Assembly: GCA_009015555.1 (NCBI GenBank) | Contig: GCA_009015555.1_3613.1 | DNA: 64,000 nucleotides | From: a phage | Direction: 5' to 3' (one strand) | In this document: positions 38,078 to 46,870 of the stretch, in pieces | Layout: every line of letters begins with the position of its first letter | How positions within the stretch are numbered: the first letter of the stretch is position 1 | The notes under the pieces: model-generated | What the model was told of the DNA's origin: nothing | Seen by the model: only the letters and a program-made list of their open reading frames with translations | Databases searched by the model: none | Position numbers and translations under genes: made by a program

Positions 38078-38344
38078 CTACAGGTATTGATTTTCAAGCC
38101 ACTGCGCCGCCTCATCAGGGGACTTGCAGTCTCGCTTTTCGTTGATGGTGAACCAGCCGTCAACACAATGACACGCCCAGTCCTCTTCATCCTCTTCCTC
38201 AGCACGTTCTTGAACCTCAACGTGCCAAGTGCCGTCCCAGTTCTGGTCGATAATTACCTGAACCTCATTGTGGAGTTCTTTTTCCACACGGTCAGCAACT
38301 TCATTGAACTGATCCATAATATCAATTTCATTTTCCACTTTCAA
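38078..38344 (-). CDS. hypothetical acidic protein
   Basis: 88-aa ORF; acidic stretch EEEDEEDW. Confidence 0.45.
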   Translation of the reverse strand: MKVENEIDIMDQFNEVADRVEKELHNEVQVIIDQNWDGTWHVEVQERAEEEDEEDWACHCVDGWFTINEKRDCKSPDEAAQWLENQYL

Positions 38345-38705
38345 TCTCCTTCAGTTTGAGAGACAGAGCTTCAACTTCCCTCTTGAGGTCCTCAGCCAAC
38401 AGCGTTGTCCGGGACCACTCTCGGGCTTTCTCCATGAGTTGGCGACCAATAGCGAGCGCCTCAGTGGCGCACACAATTTCACCTTTGCTGTAACGAACTT
38501 TCACAGTGCTGTTGTATGGAACATCACACCAACCGACCGCCCCAAGGTTAGTGTAGTGGCTGAATTTGTACGGCCCCCACACCTTCCCCGTCTTTTGGTT
38601 AAAGACCCAGAAGTCATCACCCCGTTTCAGTTGCGGGTTCCAACTTTTGTCGATCTCTTCCTGATAGCGATAATCGGTCGGTTTGTATTCAGGACGTCTT
38701 GACAT
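38328..38705 (-). CDS. hypothetical protein
   Basis: 125-aa ORF. Confidence 0.5.
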   Translation of the reverse strand: MSRRPEYKPTDYRYQEEIDKSWNPQLKRGDDFWVFNQKTGKVWGPYKFSHYTNLGAVGWCDVPYNSTVKVRYSKGEIVCATEALAIGRQLMEKAREWSRTTLLAEDLKREVEALSLKLKEIESGK

Positions 38706-39150
38706 GTTTGCCTTCTCCGGTCCCCATGCAATTCAGTTCTCGGCCTGTACGCATCTCTAAAAATGCCTTCAGGTCCCCAAACTTCCCTGTTGCCACCGCT
38801 CCTGCTGGCGCTCGGTTGTAGTCCCAAGTGTCCTTCGCCTCCTCGATATCACCAACCCGAGTTTCGACCTGCTTACGGAATTTGTATGCAGAGAACTTCG
38901 ACTTGATTTTTCTGGGCGGTACATAACGCATCGTATCACAGAACCCACCGTGCAGACGGACCTTGTTCTGGTGCAACTTAATGCAGCGTTTTGTGTACTC
39001 TTCGAACTCCACTTTGAACGCCGGGTGAATCAATTCTTCAGGGGCCGTAATCGTCACTTCACGGTAATTGCCGTTACCGTCATTGTGGTAAACGATCTCG
39101 GGCTTACCCGCCAGAACTGTCACCTCAAAATCTTCAATCGTAAATTTCAT
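38689..39150 (-). CDS. hypothetical protein
   Basis: 153-aa ORF. Confidence 0.5.
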   Translation of the reverse strand: MKFTIEDFEVTVLAGKPEIVYHNDGNGNYREVTITAPEELIHPAFKVEFEEYTKRCIKLHQNKVRLHGGFCDTMRYVPPRKIKSKFSAYKFRKQVETRVGDIEEAKDTWDYNRAPAGAVATGKFGDLKAFLEMRTGRELNCMGTGEGKHVKTS

Positions 39151-39193
39151 CTAAAAAGCCCTCTCTGTTTCCAATGAGGGCAGATTACATGAC

Positions 39194-39382
39194 TTACTGG
39201 TCGGTGTCAACCTTTTCGATAAACACAATGTCGCCATACTTCAATTTACGACGTTTGTCTTCGTCCTGCTCTTGGTTCAGGTTGAATGAACCCTTACCAT
39301 TAGAACGACGCCAGCCAGATGCTCCCGTGAACTGCTTCAACAGGGCCGCAAAGTCTTCTTTCGTCACTTCAACCTTGTGCAT
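39194..39382 (-). CDS. hypothetical protein
   Basis: 62-aa ORF. Confidence 0.4.
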   Translation of the reverse strand: MHKVEVTKEDFAALLKQFTGASGWRRSNGKGSFNLNQEQDEDKRRKLKYGDIVFIEKVDTDQ

Positions 39383-39705
39383 TACAGGCTCCCCGGCAGT
39401 ACCAGTTTAGGACCCTCGCCCTTCTTAGATTCACGGATACGCTCACGAACGTATACCTCGATGTCCGTCGGACGCCACAGTTCAACAGCGACAACCTGGA
39501 ATCGACCAATGTGGGCACCCGGTTGTTTGTCCATGTGGTTAGCCATCAGTTTGGCGCTGTCTTCGTCAGCAAACACAGCTTTCACCACAATCGGATGACC
39601 GTCATCGGTCTGCCCGAGGCTCATGGAAGGCACATTGTGCCCGGCGGCGGTGTCGTCGATTGCATACATCAGGGTGGTGCCGCCAACGTTATTAGTCAGT
39701 TCCAT
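39382..39705 (-). CDS. hypothetical protein
   Basis: GGAGA RBS before internal ATG (MELTNNV). Confidence 0.4.
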   Translation of the reverse strand: MELTNNVGGTTLMYAIDDTAAGHNVPSMSLGQTDDGHPIVVKAVFADEDSAKLMANHMDKQPGAHIGRFQVVAVELWRPTDIEVYVRERIRESKKGEGPKLVLPGSL

Positions 39706-39910
39706 CAATTTTCTCCACTTTGCTACCAAAAGAGGCCATAAAACAACGGCCCTCGTCTCCACCGAACGGGATCATCACGGTCCCGCCGATGATAATTGCA
39801 TCATCACTTGCCAGGATCGGCTGGCTCATGATCGGCTTGCCGAACAGGTCGCAATCACACACGTATTTGAACGTGTCGCCAACCTTGATGTCTTGTGCCA
39901 ACACTTGCAT
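39692..39910 (-). CDS. hypothetical protein
   Basis: Start at internal ATG (MQVLAQD). Confidence 0.4.
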   Translation of the reverse strand: MQVLAQDIKVGDTFKYVCDCDLFGKPIMSQPILASDDAIIIGGTVMIPFGGDEGRCFMASFGSKVEKIDGTD

Positions 39911-39914
39911 CCGA

Positions 39915-40034
39915 TTACCCCACGCAGACTTCGTACCAGCCGCATTTTGTGCATTCACGAACAAAAGCGTGTACGCTGCCCTTGGTAATGAACTTATGCT
40001 CACAATTTTGCTGCTTCACAGATTTTACTGTCAT
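39915..40034 (-). CDS. tiny zinc-ribbon-like protein (39 aa)
   Basis: MTVKSVKQQNCEHKF ... CTKCGWYEVCVG; ATGA overlap with the upstream stop. Confidence 0.3.
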   Translation of the reverse strand: MTVKSVKQQNCEHKFITKGSVHAFVRECTKCGWYEVCVG

Positions 40035-40375
40035 ACAACACCCCTCGGTTTTACCAGTTCCAGATCTGATTGCGGGATGAAGTAGAACCCGCTGCGATAG
40101 AACCATTCGTACCCGTCGCTACCTTCCTGTACCTCGGCATCGCTCACATAAAACGACTTGCCGTTGAACTTGTCACGAACAAAGTCGCCACGGGTAAAGC
40201 CCGGGATGCCACACTTACGAACGTGATAAAGCTCATGACGAACTCCCTCGAACGCCCCACGCAGATCCATAACCTCACGAAGCTCGAACTCTACGTCCTC
40301 TTCGTCGTTACCGATCCCGTGGATTTTGGCATCAATCCGGGTCAGCAGGTCCTCTACTGTAGCCCAATCTGTCAT
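40031..40375 (-). CDS. hypothetical protein
   Basis: 114-aa ORF. Confidence 0.5.
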   Translation of the reverse strand: MTDWATVEDLLTRIDAKIHGIGNDEEDVEFELREVMDLRGAFEGVRHELYHVRKCGIPGFTRGDFVRDKFNGKSFYVSDAEVQEGSDGYEWFYRSGFYFIPQSDLELVKPRGVV

Positions 40376-41103
40376 CCTTTGTCCTCCAACTCCAGAGGCT
40401 TCATGCCCAGCGCCTTGATCCCGGTGCGGGTGATCAGGCTGTTGAGGGACGCTTCAATCTCTGCATTGGCACGGGCCATGACCGTCTCCGAGTGCTCAGT
40501 GAAGGTATGGAGTGCATATGCCGTTACTTCTGGCAGCTTGGCATGAATGGTCTGGAACTTCTCCATCGCCGCCTGCAACTCTCCCTTGTTGGCCTTGCCT
40601 TTGGCAATCAATGCCGACAGCGCTTCCAGACCCTCTGCATGGCGTTTCATCATGATCTTGAGGGATGCCTCAATCTCACGGTTGGCCTGCTCGGTACTGG
40701 TGTTCTGCCCATCAATCAGAGGAAGGTTACCCTGCCCATGAGGGGTAATGTAACGCAAGGTACACGGTACACCATTCCCGCTGTGGGATGCAACCAAACC
40801 TGCCCACTGGTAAGCTGTCAGTTCCAGTTCCAGCACACGCCCTCCACGGCTCTGTGGCTGGCTGCGGTAATTAGGAATACCGTAGGCCGTCTCTTCATAC
40901 GCCAGGTCGATACGCAGCGCTATGCGCTCATTGTGGATGATGTCCGAACCAAACATCTCCGTATTGCCACCGGACGGGTGGGTCAGGGTGATGCGACCAT
41001 ACGCCGGGTGCTCTTGGATAATACGATCACAACCTGAACCCGTCATTTCAGAACGGATCGTTGGTCGTTCCTTCGGGTAAGGTTTGAACTCCTCTTTACT
41101 CAT
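40372..41103 (-). CDS. hypothetical protein
   Basis: 243-aa ORF; ATGA overlaps on both sides. Confidence 0.55.
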   Translation of the reverse strand: MSKEEFKPYPKERPTIRSEMTGSGCDRIIQEHPAYGRITLTHPSGGNTEMFGSDIIHNERIALRIDLAYEETAYGIPNYRSQPQSRGGRVLELELTAYQWAGLVASHSGNGVPCTLRYITPHGQGNLPLIDGQNTSTEQANREIEASLKIMMKRHAEGLEALSALIAKGKANKGELQAAMEKFQTIHAKLPEVTAYALHTFTEHSETVMARANAEIEASLNSLITRTGIKALGMKPLELEDKG

Positions 41104-41303
41104 TTCGCCACCTTAATTACATAGTCGGAAGTTTTCTTGGTGGTTTTCGTCTCACCGTAATGGGAATACTCTACGATGACCATCCCCATACCTTTAGAAA
41201 ACCCTTTCACGGTGCCACGGGTCAAGGCGTGGCGGTTATATTCGGTGAAGGCGACATCATCACCCTCTTTCAGTTCATTGCCCACAAAATCACGCATTTG
41301 CAT
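41100..41303 (-). CDS. hypothetical protein
   Basis: GAGGAG RBS before internal ATG (MQMRDF). Confidence 0.4.
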   Translation of the reverse strand: MQMRDFVGNELKEGDDVAFTEYNRHALTRGTVKGFSKGMGMVIVEYSHYGETKTTKKTSDYVIKVAK

Positions 41304-41535
41304 TGGCTCGTTGCTCCTCAAAGAACAGTTGGTCTGCCAGTGCATTAAGGTGATCCGCCATCTGGCGGGCCTGCTCACGGGTAAGTCGGATACCTGCACT
41401 ATCACGGTCCCCGTTTTCAATGTCTTTCATCCAGAGTTGGATGAGAATCATACCAGGGTTCGCTTTTGATTCCATCACCTCGATGTCACCACGATAGAAA
41501 CGAGTATCTTCTTTCAAATTCAGGTACTTTTCCAT
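41290..41535 (-). CDS. hypothetical protein
   Basis: 81-aa ORF. Confidence 0.45.
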   Translation of the reverse strand: MEKYLNLKEDTRFYRGDIEVMESKANPGMILIQLWMKDIENGDRDSAGIRLTREQARQMADHLNALADQLFFEEQRANANA

Positions 41536-42731
41536 TATTTCTTCCCCTTACGTTTAAATTTATTGTGGCCCTTACCACGGCGGAGTCGCCCCTGCTCCCA
41601 GTCACGTGCTGGCTTGTCCAGCTTCGCAATGTTGGCGAAGTCTTTGAAGTTCCACGTGTCGAAAGAGTCAACACATACAGACAGGCCATGCTGATCTGCG
41701 ATAATCCGCTTCACCATCCCGCTGATTCCGCCGCCACCGACAATTGCGACCCTGCGGAGCTTGCTTTCGTACATCTCGATGGCTTTCTCCACAGAGATCT
41801 CGTCAAGCTGCGACATGTCGAGGTCTTCCTTCTTGGCACCGTACATCAAAGAGTACAAAGCAGTCTTCAATGCAGGCTTGGTGCCGAAGTAGATCTGCAC
41901 TTTATACTTTCTTGCGAGCGCTGTCAACTGAGACATTACGTCTGCCGCCGCACGGGCCACAATGTTGGCATCGGGGATTGCTTCGATGAACATAGGTGGC
42001 GCAGGCCAGCCGATCATCTCTTCAATTTCTTTGTTGCGCTCCAGAGTCTCTTGCAGGCGCTTCATCTCTTGTGCCTCTTCCACCAGGTCGGTGATCTTGA
42101 AGATCATCGGATGCTTACGGACCTTCAGCGCCGGGTCATCGCCGGAGATGTGCAGGTCCGGGCGAGGCAGGTCGGCCTTGCAGAGTTCTTCCAGACGAGA
42201 CCAATCCATCTCGCTCTCCATGCAGATAAAGGCATCACCATCTTTAGGTGGCATGTACGTCTTGTTCAGGCGTGGCATGTGGTGCATGTCCGGCAGGAAC
42301 GGATAATCGAAACGCCCGGTAGAGCTACGGCCCTTGAGGATCTCGAAGGTTACAAATTCCTCTTTCGGTGCATTGACCTCATCAAAACAAACCAAGTTGA
42401 TGTCACGAACTTCCGGCATGTTGGCAATCTTGTCCTTGAGAGCTTCACGCTGCTCGGCGGTCTCGACCCCGTGCGCCGCACAAACCTGGTCAATGTCGAT
42501 AACCAAAGTGCGATTACGGATATCCTTCGGCAGGTCAGAATAGTCGATGCCAGACACGGCGTCTTCGACAACCTTTTTCGCCTTCTCCATATCAAATCCC
42601 AAGCCCAACTCACGTTGCTTACGGATGTTTTCCATGTGGTTCTTGAAGAACGGATCTTCAACGAAGACATCATCTGCCAGCGCGGAACGAACTTCTTCGA
42701 AAGTCTGACCTTGGGATTTGTAATTGTTCAT
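41535..42731 (-). CDS. hypothetical protein (398 aa) with Gly-rich GGGGISG loop
   Basis: Start MNNYKSQ with GAGGAAA RBS and own promoter; track start lies inside the promoter. VAIVGGGGISGMV near the C-terminus. Confidence 0.6.
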   Translation of the reverse strand: MNNYKSQGQTFEEVRSALADDVFVEDPFFKNHMENIRKQRELGLGFDMEKAKKVVEDAVSGIDYSDLPKDIRNRTLVIDIDQVCAAHGVETAEQREALKDKIANMPEVRDINLVCFDEVNAPKEEFVTFEILKGRSSTGRFDYPFLPDMHHMPRLNKTYMPPKDGDAFICMESEMDWSRLEELCKADLPRPDLHISGDDPALKVRKHPMIFKITDLVEEAQEMKRLQETLERNKEIEEMIGWPAPPMFIEAIPDANIVARAAADVMSQLTALARKYKVQIYFGTKPALKTALYSLMYGAKKEDLDMSQLDEISVEKAIEMYESKLRRVAIVGGGGISGMVKRIIADQHGLSVCVDSFDTWNFKDFANIAKLDKPARDWEQGRLRRGKGHNKFKRKGKK

Positions 42732-42763
42732 CGGTGTTTCCTCATTTGTGTTGGTATGGGGCC

Positions 42764-42792
42764 ATAATACAGGCCCCATTTATTACTGTCAA
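42764..42792 (-). promoter_or_regulatory. sigma70-type promoter with -10 inside a hairpin loop (minus strand)
   Basis: Minus strand TTGACA-17-TATTAT; -10 flanked by GGGGCC / GGCCCC inverted repeat. Confidence 0.65.
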
Positions 42793-43052
42793 CCGAATTT
42801 AATGATTTCGGTAAACAAAATGTACACGATCTGCGGGATGAGGATCACAACATAGATTCGGATTGGCATCCAAGCCACAGTTTTCCACGTGTAACCTTGT
42901 CGCAGGCCCTTATTGAACAGGGCGCGGACGCGCTCATAGATGCAATAGACTTCCACACAGAACAGCCATAATACCCCGATCAGTCCGAAGGTCAGCAGGG
43001 TAATCAGTGCGCCAGCAGGTTCAGCGGTGAAAAACGCGATTACAGCTTCCAT
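42789..43052 (-). CDS. membrane protein
   Basis: Three hydrophobic helices. Confidence 0.45.
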   Translation of the reverse strand: MEAVIAFFTAEPAGALITLLTFGLIGVLWLFCVEVYCIYERVRALFNKGLRQGYTWKTVAWMPIRIYVVILIPQIVYILFTEIIKFG

Positions 43053-43327
43053 TATTTAATCTCCTCAAGATTGGATTCACATTGGTAAAAATTAAAAGCC
43101 GGGACGTAATACACCCAAGAGTGCAGTAAGTCCGACCAAAACATCCCTTCAACTACGAACTGATGCCCGGCGTACCCGGCACCTGAACTCCCATCAAGCC
43201 GCAGGATGTCCCCACAGCAATACTTCGGCATCCCGTACAAGGAGATGCTCTGGCGGTCATGCCCATACAGTTCACGACCGAAGAACTTTTCCAGGAGGTC
43301 TGGCCCAGTCTCTACGATCTCACCCAT
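43052..43327 (-). CDS. hypothetical protein
   Basis: Start at internal ATG. Confidence 0.4.
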   Translation of the reverse strand: MGEIVETGPDLLEKFFGRELYGHDRQSISLYGMPKYCCGDILRLDGSSGAGYAGHQFVVEGMFWSDLLHSWVYYVPAFNFYQCESNLEEIK

Positions 43328-43586
43328 GATACACCCCGTCAATGGTGGTAACAGACTGCTGCGGTGACTTACCTGCCTTAGTGCGGGATGTCACCTGTGC
43401 GTTCGGGCAGTACACCACATCGAGGGAGTTCTCATACTTCCCTTCCATGTGGTAGATCTTGCAGCCCTTTTCCAGCAGGTCCTTCGGGAGGACATAGCTG
43501 TCAGTGGATTCACGGGTGCTGGCGTCGCAACCAGCCAGGACGAAGCCCATCAGTGCAGCCATCAGAATCAGTCGTGTACGTTTCAT
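43320..43586 (-). CDS. lipoprotein
   Basis: MKRTRLILMAALMGFVLAGC: signal peptide plus lipobox. Confidence 0.55.
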   Translation of the reverse strand: MKRTRLILMAALMGFVLAGCDASTRESTDSYVLPKDLLEKGCKIYHMEGKYENSLDVVYCPNAQVTSRTKAGKSPQQSVTTIDGVYHG

Positions 43587-43816
43587 GCTCTTTCCTCCAA
43601 GGTTAGGCGGTCGTTAACAGGTTTCTTGATCACATCGTACCCTTTAGTTTTCAGGTACAGGGCGCAGTATTGCTCCAGCAGCGGGGAGAACCAACCCATC
43701 CCATGCTCCAGTTCATCCACGCCTACCACAAAGCCAATGAGGCGTTTGTCCGGCTCGTTAGTCTTTGGTGCATTCGACAGGCGCAGGTTAATCTGTCCAG
43801 TCAGATCTTCTTTCAT
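43583..43816 (-). CDS. hypothetical protein
   Basis: 77-aa ORF. Confidence 0.45.
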   Translation of the reverse strand: MKEDLTGQINLRLSNAPKTNEPDKRLIGFVVGVDELEHGMGWFSPLLEQYCALYLKTKGYDVIKKPVNDRLTLEERA

Positions 43817-44109
43817 GATGCCTCCGGAAACGAATAAAAGGTTCTCACAACCACAATCTCAAGGTTAATACCCGGATTGTCTCTTGTCAAGGCTTCTTTT
43901 TTCCTTTCTGCATTTTTCAGTTTGGAGAAAACTTGGAACTTCTTGTTGATGACCGGAAGGGTGTCAGACCCAACCATCTTTATCGCAAAGTACACATCTC
44001 CGCCACGCAACCCTTGGCCCAGCTTATGCTGGAACCAGGCGTTGAACTCATCAGGCGTGGTGTCAATACCTGCGAATCTTTTCAGCCACAGCCTCAGCTT
44101 ATTCATCAT
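43813..44109 (-). CDS. hypothetical basic protein
   Basis: Start at internal ATG. Confidence 0.45.
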   Translation of the reverse strand: MMNKLRLWLKRFAGIDTTPDEFNAWFQHKLGQGLRGGDVYFAIKMVGSDTLPVINKKFQVFSKLKNAERKKEALTRDNPGINLEIVVVRTFYSFPEAS

Positions 44110-44626
44110 AGTCCCCTTTCGCATAACGTGGGCCACGAAGTTCAAGGCCCGTCTTATCCAGTGAATGTGGGGATATCATGCCATTACTGTTCCAGAACTT
44201 CAAGTCTTTTTTCACCTGCTCCGCCTTTCGGTCCACGAAAGCCGCAACGATGTCGGGGTTTGTCTTCGGCATTGCCCGGTACACAGCACTGCGGGCATTT
44301 TCAAACTGGTCCTCGATAATCTTCAACTGATCCATCATTTCCAGTTCGTCCATTGCCTCTTTACACACGCAGCAATGACCTTTGGAGAAATACTCCCGGC
44401 TATCCTTGAAGTGGTCCCAACGCTCACCTTGGATAGGGAGGGCCATACGCCCACAGTAAGCACAGACGTGGGTAGATTTGTCAGACAGGACGGTGGTAGG
44501 GCGGATGCCTTCCTTTGTACTGTTCCAGCCGTAATGGTGACCTTCCCTGCCATACATATAAGAGAAGAATTTATAGGCGCGTTCATCGACGTGCTCTTCG
44601 TCACGATTTTTGGTACGTTCGAACAT
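44099..44626 (-). CDS. Cys-rich hypothetical protein (first gene of the leftward block)
   Basis: AAGAGGAA RBS; promoter upstream; CAYCG ... HCCVCK. Confidence 0.55.
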   Translation of the reverse strand: MFERTKNRDEEHVDERAYKFFSYMYGREGHHYGWNSTKEGIRPTTVLSDKSTHVCAYCGRMALPIQGERWDHFKDSREYFSKGHCCVCKEAMDELEMMDQLKIIEDQFENARSAVYRAMPKTNPDIVAAFVDRKAEQVKKDLKFWNSNGMISPHSLDKTGLELRGPRYAKGDYDE

Positions 44627-44658
44627 ATTTTCGTTCCTCTTTTGTGTTTGATGGTGGG

Positions 44659-44687
44659 ACTATACCGAGTCTCGATCGGGAAATCAA
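44659..44687 (-). promoter_or_regulatory. sigma70-type promoter heading the leftward block
   Basis: Minus strand TTGATT-17-TATAGT; spacer contains CGATCGAGAC, the motif repeated at 55.5-55.7 kb. Confidence 0.6.
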
Positions 44688-44750
44688 CCCTTGCATCGTG
44701 TTTTTGTTCATGGTACTTTATTGTTCACTCAACATGAACAGGAGATTACT

Positions 44751-45314
44751 ATGAACAAAGTATTATCCCCGGCAGAGCAGCTTGCCATGATGATTAAGTT
44801 GGCTGCAACACACCACATGCAACAGTTTGATAAGGGCGGGCGTCCTTATGTTCTGCACGTCCTGAAGGTAATGCACTACCTTAAGGTAAAGGATGACGAC
44901 GAACTGAACTGTATTGCCGTGGGCCACGACATCGTTGAAGATACCCCGGTACAACCCTGCGATTTGGAACGGCTGGGTATGTCCAACAGGGTTATCTCTG
45001 GGATCGCTCGGCTGACCAAGGTAGAAGGTCAGACCCACGGCGAATACCTCAAAGGTGTCCTGGAGAGTTATGATGCCTGCCGTGTTAAGCTGGCAGACCT
45101 GCGTCACAACACCGATATCCGCCGTCTGAAAGGACTGCGTAAAAAGGACTTGCAGCGAATCCAGAAATATCATAAAATGCACATGCAGATTAAAGACATG
45201 ATCGCATGGTACGAAAACAACCATTTGAGCATGTTCTCTTTCCCGGGCGATTATTTTTCTGCCCGTGATGAGCAGGTGAAATCAATCATGGAGAAAGAAT
45301 ACGATGCGGATTAA
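44751..45314 (+). CDS. HD-domain phosphohydrolase, (p)ppGpp-hydrolase (SpoT/RelA HD)-like
   Basis: AGGAG RBS. H..H ... GHDIVEDT, resembling the HD motif of alarmone hydrolases. Confidence 0.65.
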   Translation: MNKVLSPAEQLAMMIKLAATHHMQQFDKGGRPYVLHVLKVMHYLKVKDDDELNCIAVGHDIVEDTPVQPCDLERLGMSNRVISGIARLTKVEGQTHGEYLKGVLESYDACRVKLADLRHNTDIRRLKGLRKKDLQRIQKYHKMHMQIKDMIAWYENNHLSMFSFPGDYFSARDEQVKSIMEKEYDAD

Positions 45315-45465
45315 GGTTTTAGATGCCCCTCTGGGGCATAAATTCGACCCGGACAAGCACTATCTGGTTTACGGGACACACGGCTATGCCTTCGTTTTTG
45401 ATGACGACTGTGAATCTTGCTTTTTGAGCGATATGGAATGGGAGGAAGTGACAAGTGAAAGTTGA
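45304..45465 (+). CDS. small hypothetical protein (53 aa)
   Basis: Hand-translated MRIKVLDAPLGHKFDPDKHY..; overlaps both neighbours. Confidence 0.3.
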   Translation: MRIKVLDAPLGHKFDPDKHYLVYGTHGYAFVFDDDCESCFLSDMEWEEVTSES

Positions 45466-45661
45466 AATCATTGAGCGCGGTACTGAGGTGATCTTGGTAA
45501 GCCGAGATACTGCGGTCAACCCGGGGTTTATCGTCCCCCGCAAAAACGAGCGAATCTGCGCCCACGGAGATAACTATTTTGTCCGTGAGGTTAACCATTA
45601 CTACTACCGTGCCATCCCTGGTGAAGATGATTTCATTGAGATTTTGGTGGAGGCAGAATGA
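45455..45661 (+). CDS. hypothetical protein
   Basis: GTG start 7 nt after GGAGGAAG. Confidence 0.45.
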   Translation: MKVEIIERGTEVILVSRDTAVNPGFIVPRKNERICAHGDNYFVREVNHYYYRAIPGEDDFIEILVEAE

Positions 45662-46188
45662 AAAAGACACTAAGCATTAAACCTGTTATCTCCACATACC
45701 TCGGTTGTCCTGACCGATACGGGAGTGCCGAGGTTATGGACGATGGTGATTGGTTGGACCTCGAAGAGGACAAGCAATACCCTATCACTCGTTTGGGTTG
45801 CCTGATCAACGGCAAAGAGCCGGAGGAGACGTACTGCATGTACTACTTCCTCCAAGCAATGAAGCCCGGCTATAAGGGCGATTATCAGGACGGTTGGACG
45901 TGGAACACGTTCTTTACCTGTTCCTGCGGTCACGGCGGTTGCGCCGGGTATCACGAGAACGTCCGTATCCACCGTAAAAAGGCTACCGTCCGGGTCATGG
46001 GTAAGGTATCCGACGGTTATAAAAACGGCGTGGTGGGCACTGGGGAGGCCGTGGTGTACTTCGATAAGAAGGAGTGGGATGCGGTCCGTGATTACTACAT
46101 GGACCTGTTCCGCAAGAACCCGGATGGCATCTTCCAGGATAACGAAATCTTCTTTACCGGGCGTTACGGCCTGAAAGCATGGGGTTGA
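45658..46188 (+). CDS. hypothetical Cys/His-rich protein
   Basis: 176 aa; CSCGHGGCAGYH. Confidence 0.55.
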   Translation: MKKTLSIKPVISTYLGCPDRYGSAEVMDDGDWLDLEEDKQYPITRLGCLINGKEPEETYCMYYFLQAMKPGYKGDYQDGWTWNTFFTCSCGHGGCAGYHENVRIHRKKATVRVMGKVSDGYKNGVVGTGEAVVYFDKKEWDAVRDYYMDLFRKNPDGIFQDNEIFFTGRYGLKAWG

Positions 46189-46190
46189 GA

Positions 46191-46805
46191 ATGAAGCGTA
46201 CCAAAGTAATCAACAAGGCGCGATTCCGTAAATCCTTTCTGGGGTTTGCTGTCGCGGCTGTTGTAACCTTCACCCTGTCCGGCTGTGAGCAAGCTGACGA
46301 AACGGTGAAACTGTACATGAACTCTGAGCAGTGTGCCAAAGAAAGCGGAAATACGCTCGAACAGTGCCAAACTGCGGAGAAAGAGGCCCAGAAGGTTGCC
46401 GCAGAAACGGCACCGAAATTTGGGACGTATGCCGAGTGTTACGAAGAGTTTGGCAGTATGTGCCAACATAACTCGGCGGCTGCTGCCAGTACGGGCGGGG
46501 AATCCCCGTGGATGCCTCTGATGATGGGTTACATGCTGGGCAATATGATGGGGTCAAGTAACTCCTATCACGCAGCACCGATGTACCAGAGCCGTTCTGG
46601 TCAGTGGGTTGACAACAAGGCCCGGTCTTACGACGTGAAGCCGGGGAAATCGTTCAAAGTAACGAAGTCTGCCATTAAGCCAAAGGTTGAGGCACCGCGA
46701 TCCACTTGGTCCGGTTCCAAATCCGGCTTCTCCTCGTCAAAGACAACCACCCGTGGCGGGTTCGGTTCCTCTGTGGGGCGTAGTAGCAGTTCTTTTGGTG
46801 GATAA
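46191..46805 (+). CDS. lipoprotein
   Basis: MKRTKVINKARFRKSFLGFAVAAVVTFTLSGC signal plus lipobox; Gly/Ser-rich C-terminus. Confidence 0.55.
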   Translation: MKRTKVINKARFRKSFLGFAVAAVVTFTLSGCEQADETVKLYMNSEQCAKESGNTLEQCQTAEKEAQKVAAETAPKFGTYAECYEEFGSMCQHNSAAAASTGGESPWMPLMMGYMLGNMMGSSNSYHAAPMYQSRSGQWVDNKARSYDVKPGKSFKVTKSAIKPKVEAPRSTWSGSKSGFSSSKTTTRGGFGSSVGRSSSSFGG

Positions 46806-46810
46806 AAGTA

Positions 46811-46838
46811 TTGACTTATCAGATGGCCCATATATAAT
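46811..46838 (+). promoter_or_regulatory. sigma70-type promoter with -10 inside a palindrome
   Basis: TTGACT-16-TATAAT; the -10 sits in the loop of GGCCCAT...ATGGGCC. Confidence 0.65.
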
Positions 46839-46870
46839 GGGCCTCATTGACAACAAAGAGGAGAAATTCA

